Source: Squalus acanthias (taxonomy: Eukaryota). From it: DNA of 64,000 nucleotides. Positions 1-12,645 of the stretch are shown piece after piece. The notes below the pieces were generated by a model. It saw only the letters and a program-made list of their open reading frames with translations, had not been told where the DNA came from and did no database searches. Position 1 is the first letter of the stretch, and every line of letters starts with the position of its first letter. The stretch is from the NCBI GenBank assembly GCA_030390025.1, contig CM059453.1, forward strand, positions 7,006,001-7,070,000. The letters are read 5' to 3'. Position numbers and translations under genes: made by a program.

Positions 1-179
1 GGGGACCATACCGAGCAACTTAACCTTGATCCGAAATGGTGAGGAGATCAGCAAGTCTTCCACTGGTGAACTGAAGCACATATTCCACAACATTAGTTTT
101 GAATATAACGGTGAATATTGGTGCGTGGCTGATAATAACTTGGGCAAAGCGAACAGCTCCTCACAGATTTCTGTACAAT
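1..179 (+). CDS. Siglec-like gene A, C2-set Ig exon (C2b), 5'-truncated by window edge
   Basis: Frame 2 reads GTIPSNLTLIRNGEEISKSSTGELKHIFHNISFEYNGEYWCVADNNLGKANSSSQISVQ (Ig F-strand G.YWC). Phase-1 donor T|GTAAGT at 180. Paralogous to 49076-49333 and 24126-24383. Confidence 0.9.
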
Positions 180-435
180 GTAAGTGCTGTGTCAACCTAT
201 CAAATGTATATTGGGACATCAATCCGTCTTACAGTGATTAGGCTTCGGTGTTTTCCCCCCAGTGTTCACACAACTTTCTCAAAATCCGTAGTAATATTGC
301 CTGAAATGTCAGTAAAAGGAGAGTTGAACCAAATTCATTGAGTAAAAGACACTTTAAAAAAAAACTGGACACCCCGATACACAACTCCAGGTAAAATGTA
401 TCTCTGATTGGTTAAAACCAACTGAATGAATATGT

Positions 436-780
436 GGGATCTCCATATCCCTTGATTCCCCTAGAGTCCAAAAATCTGTCTATCTCAGCCTTGAATATAC
501 TCAATGACTCAGCATCCACAACCCTTTGGGGTAGAGAATTCCAAAGATTCACTACCCTCCGAGTGAAGAAATTCCTCCTTATCTCAGTCTCAAATGGCCG
601 TCCCCTTATCCTGATACTATGCCCCATAGTTTTCAGCTCTCCGGACAGGGGAAACAATCTTTCAGCATCTACCCTGACAATCCCCCTCAGAATATCATGT
701 TTCAATGAGATCATCTCTCATTCTTCTAAACTCCAGCGAGTATAGGCCCAAACTACTCAATCTCTACTCAAAGGACAACC
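436..780 (-). mobile_element. CR1 LINE 3' fragment
   Basis: ORF2 C-terminus GHS.RIRGRPF.TE.RRNFF..RVVNLWNSLP; shared with gene B (49795-50260). Confidence 0.85.
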
Positions 781-1042
781 GACAGATCCCACATGATTTA
801 CCAGGAAATATATGGATGAATTGACTGCTTGATGCAATTTTATATCTTATTAATTGCCTTGCTAGAAATAGGGGAAAGGAAAGTCTGATGAAGCATGAAA
901 TGAAAGTAACATTGAATGGTTCTAATTAAACTCGTTATGTGCAGTGACCTCTCTTCTTAATCTAATTGCCGAAATTGGTTCTATTTAGACACTGCAAACC
1001 GCTGCATGGAAACAATTTCAACATGAATTCACTTTTTTTTAG

Positions 1043-1330
1043 ATAAACCGACAGTAGTATCAGGCCCGACCTGCACCAGCTTTGACAGTGGGATTCATTG
1101 TACCTGCAGTATCAGAGCAAACCCCCCAGCAAACATCACCTGGGGCATCAATGGGAGGAACATCACTGCGAACAGTCCAGATATCAATATCCTCTCCTCG
1201 GAGTTGATTAGTTACCTGGAGCAGAGCTCCCTGACACTGACTCACCCAACTGGAACTGGACACCTGATCTCATGTTTTGGAGTAAACGTGCATGGCGTTA
1301 CTGTCGGAAAATACCAGCTCCAAACTGAAG
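1043..1330 (+). CDS. Gene A, membrane-proximal C2-set exon (C2c, MAG/Siglec-type C...CxC)
   Basis: tttttttag|ATAAACCG...GAAG|GT, 288 nt, open: KPTVVSGPTCTSFDSGIHCTCSIRANPPANITWGINGR...ISCFGVNVHGVTVGKYQLQTE. Confidence 0.9.
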
Positions 1331-1589
1331 GTATATATTACATTTTACTGTAAAATAAGTACGGCGCACGGTTTGGTCCATCACCTGTCAGTGACTAACT
1401 GAACGGTGTTAATGTCAGGAAATAACAGTTCCATTCGATAGCTGCATGCCAAATCCATTGGTAATTTAAGTCTGAATCCATGGATTTTTGGAGTAGTTTA
1501 TGGTCTGGCCAACATCTCGTTGAAAGTTGCGATGGGAATAATGAATGTATTTAAAATCTGTCTCTCATTTCCGGGTCTGTTTATATACT

Positions 1590-1947
1590 AATTAGGAGCA
1601 GGAGTAGGCCACTCGGCCCCTCGAGTCTGTTCCACCTTTCAATAAGATCATGGCTGATCTGATTACTCCACATTCCCTGCTAACCCCGATAACCTTTCAC
1701 CCCCTTGCTAATCAAGAATATATCTACCACTGCCTTAAAATATTCAAAGACTCTGCTTCCACCACCCTCTGAGGAAGAGATTTCCAAAGACTCACGACCC
1801 TCTCTGAGAAAAACATTCTCCTCATCTCAGTCTTAAATGGGCGACCCCTTATTTTTAAACAGTGACACCTAGTTCTAGATTCTCCCACAAGAGGGAACAT
1901 CCTCTCCACATCCACACTGTCAAGACTCCTCAGGATCTTATATGTTT
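1590..1947 (-). mobile_element. CR1 3' end (gene A-specific)
   Basis: ORF2 C-terminal motif plus 3' UTR; absent at the homologous site in gene B (~51045). Confidence 0.85.
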
Positions 1948-2129
1948 CTTGTCGCCTTGTTTTTGTCTCGAATGGAAAGGATTAATATAAAGCAATAGAA
2001 GCGGCCCGCAATCGTTAATAAAACAGAAACTTCTGAATTAATTAAACTCTTTAAGATGTCAGGTTTCCTCTCAGTCTACCGGTAGCCGGCAGCAGTCTAT
2101 CATTTAATTGAACTTGCAAAGTTTTAGTC

Positions 2130-2785
2130 TCGTTTTCTGAGGAAGGATATACTTAGAGGCGGTGCGAGGAAGCTTCAGTAAATTGATACCTGGAATGAGA
2201 GAGTTGACCTATGATGTGAGATTGAGCAGACTAGGCCTATACTCTCTGGAGTTTAGAAGAATGAGAGGTGATCTCAGTGAAATATATAAGCTTCTGAGGC
2301 GATTGACAGGGTAAGAACATAAGAAGTAGGAGCAGGAGCCGGCCATACGGCCCCTCGAGCCTGCTCCGCCATTCAATAAGTTCATGACTGATCATCGACC
2401 TCAACTCCACTTTACTGCCCGATCTCCAAATAGATGCGGAGCGGTTGTTTCCCCTGGTAGATGTGGAGAGGCTATTTAACCTGGTTTGAGTGCCCAGAAC
2501 TAGGGGGCATATTCTCAGGATAAGGCGTGGGCCATTAAAGACTGAGATGAGGAGGCATTTCTTCAGTCAGAGGATTGTGAAGTTTTGGAATTCTCTACCC
2601 CAGAGGGTTGTGGAGGCTGAGATCGATAGATTTTTGGACTGCAGGAGAATTAAGGGATATGGGGATCGGGCGGGAAAGTGGAGTTGTGGCCCAAGATCAG
2701 CCATGATCTTATTGAATGGCGGAGCAGGTTGGAGTGGCCGTAGCACCGACTCCTGCTCCTAATTCTTAAGTTATTTTGTTCTTAT
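2130..2785 (+). mobile_element. CR1 3' fragment with a nested antisense CR1 tail (~2314-2430)
   Basis: RRHFFSQRIVKFWNSLPQR motif; tail tcttatg. Confidence 0.8.
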
Positions 2786-3171
2786 GAACTTGGTAGTTTT
2801 GAACATTTAGTTCAACTGTTTCACCTCGCTCAATAAAACACTTTTTAGAGCTATTTCAGATAGCCCCTGGATAGTTGTCATGGAGATATTATGAGAAGAT
2901 AACATGAGATAATCCTGAAAATTGAGCGAAATATTTGGGATAATTGAAAGAGCAGAAACTAGATTGATTTGAAGTATTGGATAGCAGCCGAACAGATCCG
3001 AGTGTGCAGCGAGGATATCGGTAGGCTGTCGGGGTTATACCTTGAATCATATATTTAGTCTGATCATTAATCACATGTTTTCAAGGTGGATGGTCCCATG
3101 CAATTCAAACATCGTATCGTTTGAAGAGGAGTCGCGAGTTCTTTAAGGCCCAATTTTGCAAAACATCTCAG

Positions 3172-3540
3172 TTAGAATCATAGAAATTTACGGCACAGAA
3201 GCAGACCATTCGGCTATTCGTGTGTGTGGCGGCCGAAAAAGAACTATCCAGCCCAATCCCACTTTCCAGTTCTTGGTCCGTAGCTTTGCAGGGTACGGTG
3301 CATCAAGTGCATATCCAAGTACTTTTGAAATGCAATGAGGGTGTCTGCATCTATCATTCTTTCAGGCAGTGAGTTCAATTCGCCCAGAACCCTCTGGGTG
3401 AAATAGGTTCCACTCAAATCAACTCTAATCCTTCCACCAATTACTTTAAATCTATGCCCCCTTGTTTTTGACATCTCACCTAAGGGAAATAGATCCTTCC
3501 TATCCACTCTTTCTAGGATCCACATAATTTTATACACGAA
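3172..3540 (-). mobile_element. CR1 3' end
   Basis: ORF 3244..3543 TRGHRFKV...FTQRV; tail tctatgattct on the minus strand. Confidence 0.8.
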
Positions 3541-3639
3541 CAATTTGCATTAAATGAATCAACATGCCTTACCAATGCTGAGATGTGGACCGGGTATTGT
3601 TTATTTACATTTTCTTATTTTGTTTTCTTTTGAATTTAA

Positions 3640-5005
3640 CATAGGGGAGGTACCAGAGGACTGGAGGTCAGCTAACGTAGTATCATTATTCAAGAAGGGT
3701 AGTTGGGATAAACCAGGGAATTTACAGGCCAGTGAGCCTAACATCAGTGGTAGGGAAATTATTGGAAACAATTCTGAGGGACAGATTTATTCTCCAATTG
3801 GAGAGCCAAGGATTAATCAAGGATAATCAGCATGGCTTTGTCAGGGGGTGATCATGTCTAACCAATTTGATTGAATTTTTCGGGGGATGACTTGGTGTGT
3901 GTTTGAGGGTAGTGCAGTTGATGTAATCTACATGGACTTCAGTAAGGCTATGGACAAAGTCCAGCATGGGAGACTGGTCAAGAAGGTAAGAGCCCATGGG
4001 ATCCAGGGCAATTTGGCACATTGGATCCAAAAATTGTCTTATTGGCAGGAGGCAGAGGGTTATGGCTGAAGGTTGTTTTTGTGACTGGAAGCCTGTGTCC
4101 AATGGTGTACCGCAGGGATCGGTGCTGGGTCCCTTGCTGTTTGTAGTGTACATTCATGAATTAGATATGAAATTATGAGGTATGATCAGTAAGTTCGCAG
4201 ATGACACGAAAATTGGTGGTGTGGTAAATAGCGAGGTGTGAAGCCTCAGGCTACAGGACGATATAGACGGTTGGTCAGATGGGCAGAACATTGGCAAATT
4301 TAATTTAACCCTGAAAAGTGTGAGGTGATGTATTTTTGGAGGACTAAAAAGGCAAGGGAATAAACAATGAATGGTAGGACCCTATGAAGGACAGAGTATC
4401 AGTGGCACCTTGATGTGCTTGTTCATAGATCCCTGAAGGCAGCAGGACAGTTGGATAAGGTGGTTAAGAAGGCATATGGGATACTTGCCTTCATGTGCCG
4501 AGATATAGAATATTAGAGAGGGTGCAGAGGAGATTCACCAGGATGTTACCTGGGCTGGAGCGTTTCAGCTATGGAGAGACTGGACAGGCTGGGGTTGTTT
4601 TCCTTGGAGCAGAGAAGGCTGATTGAGGTGTCCAAATTATGAGGGGCATAGATAGCCTCGATAGAAAGTAACTTTTCCCCTTAGTAGAGGGATCACTAAC
4701 CAGGGGGCATAATTTCAAGGTAAGGGGCAGGAGGTTTAGAGGGGATTTGAGGAAAAACTTTTTAACCTAGAGGCTGATTGGAACCTGGAACTCACTGCCT
4801 GAAAGGGTGGTAGAGGCGGGAACCCTCACAACATTGAAGAAGCATTTAGATGAGCACTTGAAACGCCATAGCATACAAGGCTACGGACCAAGTGCTGGAA
4901 AATGGGTTTATAATAGACAGGGCTTGATGGCCGGTGCGGTCACGATGTGCCGAAGGGCCTCTTTCTGTGCTGTATAACTCGATGACTCTATGATTATGAC
5001 TCTAT
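3640..5005 (+). mobile_element. CR1 RT region and 3' end, decayed
   Basis: DVIYMDFSKA.DKV, GVPQGSVLGPLLF, KFADD motifs; (ATGACTCT)n tail. Confidence 0.9.
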
Positions 5006-5384
5006 ATGGGACAGCAATCTTAAGACAATTATTTCAAATTTACACAGGGGACAAATCCATTGCTGAAATTCAGTGTTAGTCTTTGGAAAGAGAAATCAGT
5101 TCAAATGATGCTCTCTCTGTGTTGAGGGAACACTGACCAATAAATGAATAAAATATAATAAGGATTTGTAGGGAGATTAGATTTGGGGTCATTTCCAAGT
5201 CCTCCATCTTCTGATAGTCGGGTCAGTGTCCTGTCTTTTTAGGAATGGATAGAAATACTGAACTCTTACTTTTAAGATGAGAATTTCGAGGAAACTTGCC
5301 TACACAAGCTGACAAAAGTTATCCTAAAACCATGATGTAATCTTAGAGCAATGATAAACAGCAAAGTCTTTTTGAATATTTTAG

Positions 5385-5469
5385 GAACATTTCCCTGGGA
5401 AATTGTCATCTCAGTCCTAGCAGCCGCGGCAGTTATTCTGTTGATCCTGATCGTGGTGATGGTGCACAG
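5385..5469 (+). CDS. Gene A transmembrane exon (uncharged TM core)
   Basis: ttttag|GAACATTT...CACAG|GTATGT, phase 1 to 2: GTFPWEIVISVLAAAAVILLILIVVMVHR. Confidence 0.9.
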
Positions 5470-5869
5470 GTATGTGTGATTCATAATTTCTTAAACTATT
5501 GTGTAAATCACAGATTTGATAGGGGCCATGACATCAGGATATCTGCCTGTGAGAAACTATTGTTTCAAATAATTAACCCATGAGAGCATTGACCCTGAAC
5601 CTCAGCTAAGATTTGTAAAGAGGAGGATTAAAGAGGTCAAGTGCTTCTGTGGTGCAAGTAGGGAAGTGTTAAAGGCTCACCTGCCCCTGGTCCCTCTATG
5701 GCCAGTCTATCGCTGGTCTATCGCCGGCCTATCGCTTTTCCCAGCTCCAATAATACCAGAATAGTGGTTCTCTAGCCTTTGCCCCAGTAGCTTTCGCTTC
5801 CATGTCCAAATCTTTTGGGTTCAAGCATTAAACCAAAACATGAGAACCACTTCTGGTCTGACATTGTGG

Positions 5870-6205
5870 TGGAGAGCGGCATTGTTGGAGATGCCGTCTT
5901 TCATACCAGACATTTAATCAGAAACACCATTTGCCTGCTCAAGTGGATATTAAAGATCCCATGACAATATTAGTGGAAGAGCAGTGAAGTTCTCCCTGTG
6001 TCACGGCAAACATATATTCCCCAATCACTCCAGGAAAGCAGATTAACTCTTCATTTGTCTTATTGTTGTTTGTGGGATATTGCTGTGCTCAAAATGACTT
6101 CCATGTTTGTCTATAAAACTAGTTTCAAATCATAATTCATTGGCTGCGGAATGCCTTGTGAAGATCCTAAGGTAAAGGCACTATATAATTGCAAGTTTAT
6201 TCTTC
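5870..6205 (+). mobile_element. Degenerate Deu-domain SINE
   Basis: gatgccgtctttc...aaagatcccatg...gaagagcag core. Confidence 0.6.
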
Positions 6206-6629
6206 TGGATTTGGCCTTCCACAGCTAACCAACAACTTGCATTCCTATAGCATCTTGTAAGAACAGTTGCAAAGGCTTCACAAGGGAACATAACTCGGAC
6301 ACCAATTCAAAGAAGCTGATGTAATGATCAGTGATTTAAATCTTGGTCAATGATGGGGTGTTTAAGTAGGGTCTGAATGGAGAAGAGGGAAGTGGAGCCG
6401 CGGTGGATTCCAAGGAGATAATTCCAGAGTGTGTGGGCTGAGTGATGGAAGGCACGGCCGCCAATGGAGGGTGATCGAAAGAGGGAACAAGAGGCTGGGA
6501 TCAGAACATCGGAGATTTGGAACCGGTGCCGATTGTTGTAGGAACAGAGGCCGTTACAGAGGCATGTGTGGGGGCCACGGATGGTTTTATAGAAATATTA
6601 ATCTCTCCAATATTAAGAAAGTAAAGAAA

Positions 6630-7315
6630 GAGTTGCATTTATACATCGCCTTTCACTGACTCAGGACGTCTGAAAGCGCTTTACAGCCAATTAAATCCTT
6701 TTGAAGTGTAGTCAATGATGTAATGCAGGAAACGCGGCAGGCAAATTGCGCACATTGAAACATAGAAGATTGGAGCAGGAGTAGGCCATTCGGCCCCTCG
6801 AGCCTGCTCCGCCATTCGATGAGATCATGTCTGATCATCCAAACTCATTACCCTGTACCTGCCTTCTCCCCATATCCCTTGATACCTTTAGCTTTAAGAA
6901 ATATATCTAACTCATTCTTGAATATATTTAATGACTTGGCCTCAACTACCTTCTGTCTTAGAGAATTCAACAGGTCACCACAGCAAGCTCCCACAAACAG
7001 CAATCTGACAATGACCAGATAATCTGCTTTAGTGATGTTGATTGAGGGATAAATATTGGCCCAGGACACTGGGGATAACGCCCCTGCTCTTCTTCGAAAT
7101 GGTGCCATGGGATCTTTCACGTCCACCTGAGAGAGCAGACGGGGCCTCGGTTTAACGTCTCTTCCGAAAGACGGCACTTCCGACAGTGCAGCGCTCCCTC
7201 AGTACTGCAGTGGAGTGTCAGCCATGATTTTGGTGCTCAAGTCCCTGGAGTGAGACTTTAACAGACAACCTTCTGACTCAGTGGCGAGGGTACTGTACAC
7301 TGTGACACGGCTGAC
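6630..7315 (-). mobile_element. SacSINE1-like (DeuSINE) with nested CR1 tail (~6757-6972)
   Basis: tRNA-like head, Deu core gtgccgtctttcggaagagacgttaaaccgaggcc and tail ataaatgcaa. An uninterrupted orthologous copy lies at 55720-56170. Confidence 0.8.
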
Positions 7316-8479
7316 AAGCTAACAGCCGAAAGCTGGTAGCAAGTTCTCAGAGTATATTTTTACATTAGTTATCAGGGTGTAATAGAAAAACAGCGGAATT
7401 TGGAGAAACGTGTTATTCTTATCTGTCACTCTTTCTTCTGAAGCTGTTTAGTTTCACTATGTATCTTCCAAGGGTATTGCCAGAATTTCTCAATTGAAGA
7501 AAGGTAGGTTGTGAAATGCCATCAGCAAAGTAACTGGAAGCAAGTGAATTTAAATAAATCGACAATTCAAAAGAAGCAGTTAATTTAAATATATTTTAAA
7601 TAATCACAGAAGAAGTCTGTGTTTGAAAAGAAAGACTCGGCTCTTTCCTCAGGCACATGCCTGACAACAACCATAGACTGTGCAGCAAGTGTATCTCCAT
7701 GAGCTCCAATCTTCCTGTTTGAGTGAAGCTGCTTGTTATCTACAATTTAACATGAGAGTATCAGAAAAAAACAATAACTAACTAAGTTTAAATACACAAT
7801 CATTCGTTTTAGTCACAGAATCAAGAACACAGAATCCAAGCTTTCAAACTAAATCAAAAAGGAAATTCCTTTCTCAATCATTTCACAACTCCAATGGACT
7901 AGAATTAAGCTGTGTAATATCAGGAATTAACGTGTTACCGCAACTACATGGCAGTCCTGTCTGCAATTATCAAATGTCGTTCGGATTTTGCATTAAACTC
8001 TTCCGTCTGCTCTTCAGATAGCGTGTTAAGCCAATGTGTGCAAATCGTGTCTATTTAACAAGGTGTGAACACATTGTATGAAACACTTGTCTGCTTAATA
8101 GGGTGTTAAGACAATGTGTGAAACTCATGCCTGCCGTTCAAACACAGTCTTAATAAACAGCAACACTCCCCTGTCAGATACTTACTCGTTGAGCACGCAC
8201 TTTACAAAACTCCTCTATTTGCTGTTTAAATAGTGTTATCTTAGTGTGCGGAATTCATGTGGCGTTATTTGAATAGGTGCGAACAAACTCTCTACAATTG
8301 TGATGAACCATTGTACAGGCTGAACATTCCTCTCAGTGCGGACTGCACCAAGTCATTAACCAGTTCCTTGAGATAGTGACGGCTGGGAATATGCAATGAC
8401 CTGAATTTCCGAACGGATTTATTAGAGATAATTTTAATCAATTATGTGATGTGACTTAATTGCATTTTTTTTGAATCAG

Positions 8480-8528
8480 GAAGAAGACAAGAGCTACCAC
8501 TGGTGTCCCCCTTACCAACAACGATTCG
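8480..8528 (+). CDS. Gene A cytoplasmic exon 1
   Basis: aatcag|GAAGAAG...GATTCG|GTGAGT, 49 nt, phase 2 to 0: (R)KKTRATTGVPLTNNDS. Confidence 0.8.
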
Positions 8529-9159
8529 GTGAGTTAAATTGTGGCGTAGACCCCGTTTAACACCGAGATAAGTGAGGGCATGGCAACGGCCCAGCATCCG
8601 ATGGAGTTACCCCTGCCTGATATTGGCACTGTTTGTAACCAGAGTGAGCCACATTAACCGTGCAGTTCAACGGGTCAACACGTGTTCTGGACACCTGTTT
8701 GACGGAGTTTATAAGGGATACAATGAGCACCTCACACGACTGACAGAAAAGGTCATGTCCTGATAAATGCATCATGCATTTTCTCTGTAGTGGATTTCTA
8801 TTGAATTCAAAGTGTGTCTGAGAAAACCGATTGACCGTGTCACTACATGTATTAAACAGAATAATGTTTACGCTCCCCTCTCACACCACATTACCACCGG
8901 TGGTTTAAATAATCAACAAGATCACGTAGTATGAGGGCTTTGAGAGGGTCAAATAGCATGGCATTTTTGCTGGGATTATTAACATTGTCCTCCCTGGATT
9001 TTATGGCTCTATTTTACCGCGAGGCGGCAACATTCCGTGCGAGGGGCCTGGGTGAGCAATAGGCTCGCATGACCAAGCCCGGACAGATTTTGAATCCGGG
9101 GTCTTAATTCAATATCCAGCCCCGACTCCCACCCGAACCAGACTGAAATCTTTGGCTAT

Positions 9160-9670
9160 AATAAAAACTGAAAATGCTGGAAATAGTCAGCAGTTCAGGC
9201 AGCGTCTGTGGAGAGAGAAACAGAGTTAACGTTTCAGGTCGATGACTTTTCGTCAGAACTGGAAACGATTCGAGAAGTAACAGATTTTAAGCAAGTGCAG
9301 ATGCAGGGAAAGGAGGATAGGACAAAAGGGAAGTTCTGTGATAGGGTGGAAGGCAGGAGATATTAAATGACAAAAGAGATGATGGTGCAAGGCAAAAGGA
9401 GATGGTATTGGGCAAGTAAAGCAACATAAATTGGGTCTAGAGGAGGTGTAAATGGCAACGGCAGAAACATTACCAACAACTACCGTCCGAAACAATAGGG
9501 CAGTGGTGACGATCGGAAATTGATGAACTCAATGTAGAGCCTGCAAGACTGATAAATGCCTAATCGGAAGAGGAGGTGCAGTTCCTCGAGTTTCTGTTGA
9601 GTTTCATTGGAACAGTGTAAGAGGCCGAGGTCAGAGAGGTCAGAGTGGGAGTGGAGCGGAGAACTAAAAT
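9160..9670 (-). mobile_element. Penelope-like element terminal fragment
   Basis: Minus strand ctgacgaa..gtc..gacctgaaacgttaactctg...ttccagcattttc; paralog at 59825-60340. Family assignment is from recognition, not a search. Confidence 0.55.
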
Positions 9671-9921
9671 CAAGCTGGCCCAGGGGGACACAGCGGGAAC
9701 TGCCCCCAGCAGTCGGGTAAGTGTTGAGGAGGGGGAATACTATCGGCGCGGCGGTTCTCGGGGCCAGGGGAAGCCCACGGTTTCCTTTTCGAGGAAGTAG
9801 GAGCTGAATAGGATAATTAGAATGGTGGCAGTGATGGAATAAAGCGGGTTATTCTGGTACAGTAAACACACTCTCACCCGGTTCAGGAGCTCCACATCTA
9901 ACGCACTGCTTTCTTTTACAG

Positions 9922-10089
9922 AGACAAGACAAGTATGGAAAAACTGGTGTAAGAGGGGCTCCATCAAACGAGTCAGCTCAAAGTGAAGAGGTCCTGTATG
10001 CAGCTGTCAGTGTTTCAAAGGTTCGAAAGCAGGAGAGATATCTCCAGAACGAGGAGTCCTGTGAATACGCCGCAATTAAATGCAATTGA
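9922..10089 (+). CDS. Gene A terminal exon with ITIM (VLYAAV) and distal tyrosine motif (CEYAAI)
   Basis: ttttacag|AGACAAGAC..., phase 0: RQDKYGKTGVRGAPSNESAQSEEVLYAAVSVSKVRKQERYLQNEESCEYAAIKCN*. Confidence 0.9.
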   Translation, partial: RQDKYGKTGVRGAPSNESAQSEEVLYAAVSVSKVRKQERYLQNEESCEYAAIKCN

Positions 10090-10311
10090 AAATCAGCGGC
10101 ATTCACCATATTCTGACAGATGGAACTGTTCCAGGAAGTGCTGTGATAATGGAGATCTCTCAGCGAGTGATAGCTAACATGTTAAAATCTCTTCCTGAGA
10201 GAGTTTGATTTACAATCCCAAAGATTGTCCACTACAAGAATACTTCCGAAACGGTGCAGGAAGGGGGCGGGAATGGTCAATGTAATTTTAAACTTTTTTA
10301 TCTGCTTTAAT

Positions 10312-10317
10312 AATAAA
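10312..10317 (+). terminator. Putative polyadenylation signal of gene A
   Basis: AATAAA ~220 nt after the stop; same context conserved in gene B (61008-61013). Confidence 0.55.
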
Positions 10318-10959
10318 ATTACTATTTCCGCGCACGCCATCTAACGGACAAAGGAAGCAAGTGCATCGCATCAAGCAGAGCACATTCTCCAGCCGCATCT
10401 GCTTCGGTCAACGCACCTGTACATACTTAAACAGTCTATGTTGGGTTGGGTGAGGTAAACTAGCAGTTTGTCTGCGCAAGATGCGGGATTTCTGCCCCTG
10501 TTGGACTCAGATGTGTCTGATGATACAGTGACAGATCGCCTATGTAATGCTGTCGGCCTGCCACTGTGTGGCGCTATTGGATTGCGAAGCCTTCATTCAC
10601 ACAGAACATGGAACAAGCAAAACCTCGGGCTGTAGGAGGAACCAGTGAAATTATAATAAACTGCAATTTAAATTGCAATTGTAGATTGTCCAACATTCTG
10701 AAAAACCAAGAACCAATACAGCAATTAGTCTGTCCGCTGTCTAGCTCAACTGGGCTTGGCACTTAAAGATCAGTCAGGGCTCCCGCTCCTGTTAAAAATC
10801 CCGCCGACACTCGCTTTGAGGCTTGCAAGCTAAGATCTGATCATTTGAGAGCTGCCGGCGGGAATCACATTTCAACAAGAAACGCGATGTTCAGAAGTGG
10901 GGCATAATTGGAAAATTGGCCGTGGAAAAATGCAGGGACATTTTTTAAATAGCTCTCGG

Positions 10960-11440
10960 CTGTGGGCGTCGCTGGCAAAGCCGGCATTTATTGCCCATCC
11001 CTAGTTTCCCTTGAGAAGGTGGTGCTGAGCCGCCTTCTTGAACAGATGCAATATATTGTTTTTATTCATTCACGGGATGTGGGCGTCGCTGTCAAGGCCA
11101 GCATTTATTTCCTATCCCTAATTGCCCAATCACTGAGTGACTCGCTCCGCCATTTCAGAGTGCAGTTAAGAGTTTAACACATTGCTGTGGTTCTGGTGTC
11201 ACATGTCGGCCAGACCGGGTAAGGACGTCAGATTTCTTTCCCTAAAAAACATTAGTGAACCAGTTGGGTTTTTACGACAATCCTGTACTTTCCTGGTCAG
11301 CATTACTGATACTAACTTTTTATTCCAGGCTCATTTGTTTAACTCAATTTAAATTCCCCCAGCATCCGTGGTGGGAGTTGAAAACATGTCTCTGGATCAT
11401 TAATCCAGGCCTCTGGTTTACTAAACCAGTAACATAACAA
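10960..11440 (-). mobile_element. LINE 3' tail plus a tRNA-headed SINE sharing that tail
   Basis: Two copies of gatgtgggcgtcgctg..aagcc.gcatttatt; tRNA-like head on the minus strand at ~11365-11435. Confidence 0.6.
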
Positions 11441-12350
11441 TAATATGGCCCTGCAAATTGCTAAACAAATATTTACTAACCAACCTTACAGTGAAAGCGC
11501 TTTAATAATCCGGTTGGCTCTCCTGTTTAATAGTCTATTAATACATTGCATAATATGTTTGAAAGCAGCTGAGAGTGATTCAATAACAGGCAATAGTCAA
11601 CACAAAGAAAGTAGCTTGAATTTTATTGTGTTCACAGGCCGGAACATGGGTCTGCACTGCACCGATTGGTCCAAGCCTTCAATCAGTGTACAGCTTGTTT
11701 AACATGTCTAATCAGATGAGAAGACTTTGAAGTGTCCGTCAGATTTCCTTTACACTCTATCTATCGGTGGGACAATCGGAAATGTAGCATTATGGAGATC
11801 AGAGTGCACGGTTTCCCGTTCCTCCCCATTCCTTCGTCCGCGGACGCTTCCTCCTTAGGTAATAAATCCGCTTTATGTTCCCCGGGGGGTTGGCAATGCG
11901 TTGCATCACACAATCGCTCACAATGGCTTTTACCGATGCACTTGAGCAATGCAGCTCCGAAAGTCATCAATTCGCACATTGATCAATCCTGGCTGAAGGA
12001 ATCCAAATGCACTCGGAGCCCCGGATTGGAGAGGGGCAATTCATCCATAGTCTTTATCGCTGTTCGGTGAACCCTGATGCAAGTAGCCTTTTCGATATCC
12101 AATGAGGACAGGAGCAGACACCGGGGTATTGGGCCTCGGGACAAACCTCATGGTGAAGGGAGGTATCTGCAAAAATAGCAGCTTAAGCGAGAGATTGGAG
12201 AAATCGAACTCCAGCAAGCGTTCAATTTGGAAGTGGAGAATATTGGGGCAAATACTGCAAGCAAGAACAACGAGTTTTTCAAATGTCTTGATTGTAAAAA
12301 CGTGTCGTATCTCTTCGTTGTTATAATTGGTTCATTTGGAAAAAGAAACA

Positions 12351-12554
12351 TTAGAGATTCAGAGAAGCGTCCTCTCTAAGTTCTGGTCCTTTTCTGGTAA
12401 ATTTAATAGCTGCATATTCGCTCATCTGCTTGCTATTTACATATCCGTGCCCTTCAGGAATATTTGAAAAGTGCACAGTGGTGTAAGTAATTTCTTCCTT
12501 CTGCTAAGTTGAGTTGGATATCACTTCCCAGCCGTCACTGTCTGGATGATCCCT
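12351..12554 (-). pseudogene. Gene C vestigial ITIM exon (ITYTTV, SEYAAI) with in-frame stop
   Basis: Minus strand ttgcag|AGGGAT...: RDHPDSDGWEVISNST*QKEEITYTTVHFSNIPEGHGYVNSKQMSEYAAIKFTRKGPELREDASLNL*. TAG at 12504-12506. Confidence 0.8.
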
Positions 12555-12645
12555 CTGCAACAGAAACAACACGTGCAGCGTATAAAAGACTACACGTGGT
12601 ACAGATACAGAAATAAAACGGGGTACAGGTAGACAAAGAAAACTT

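Noticed and set aside
11700-12340. Unique sequence with several short ORFs between A and C
   Set aside because: No recognisable homology or splice structure; probably 3' UTR or intergenic.
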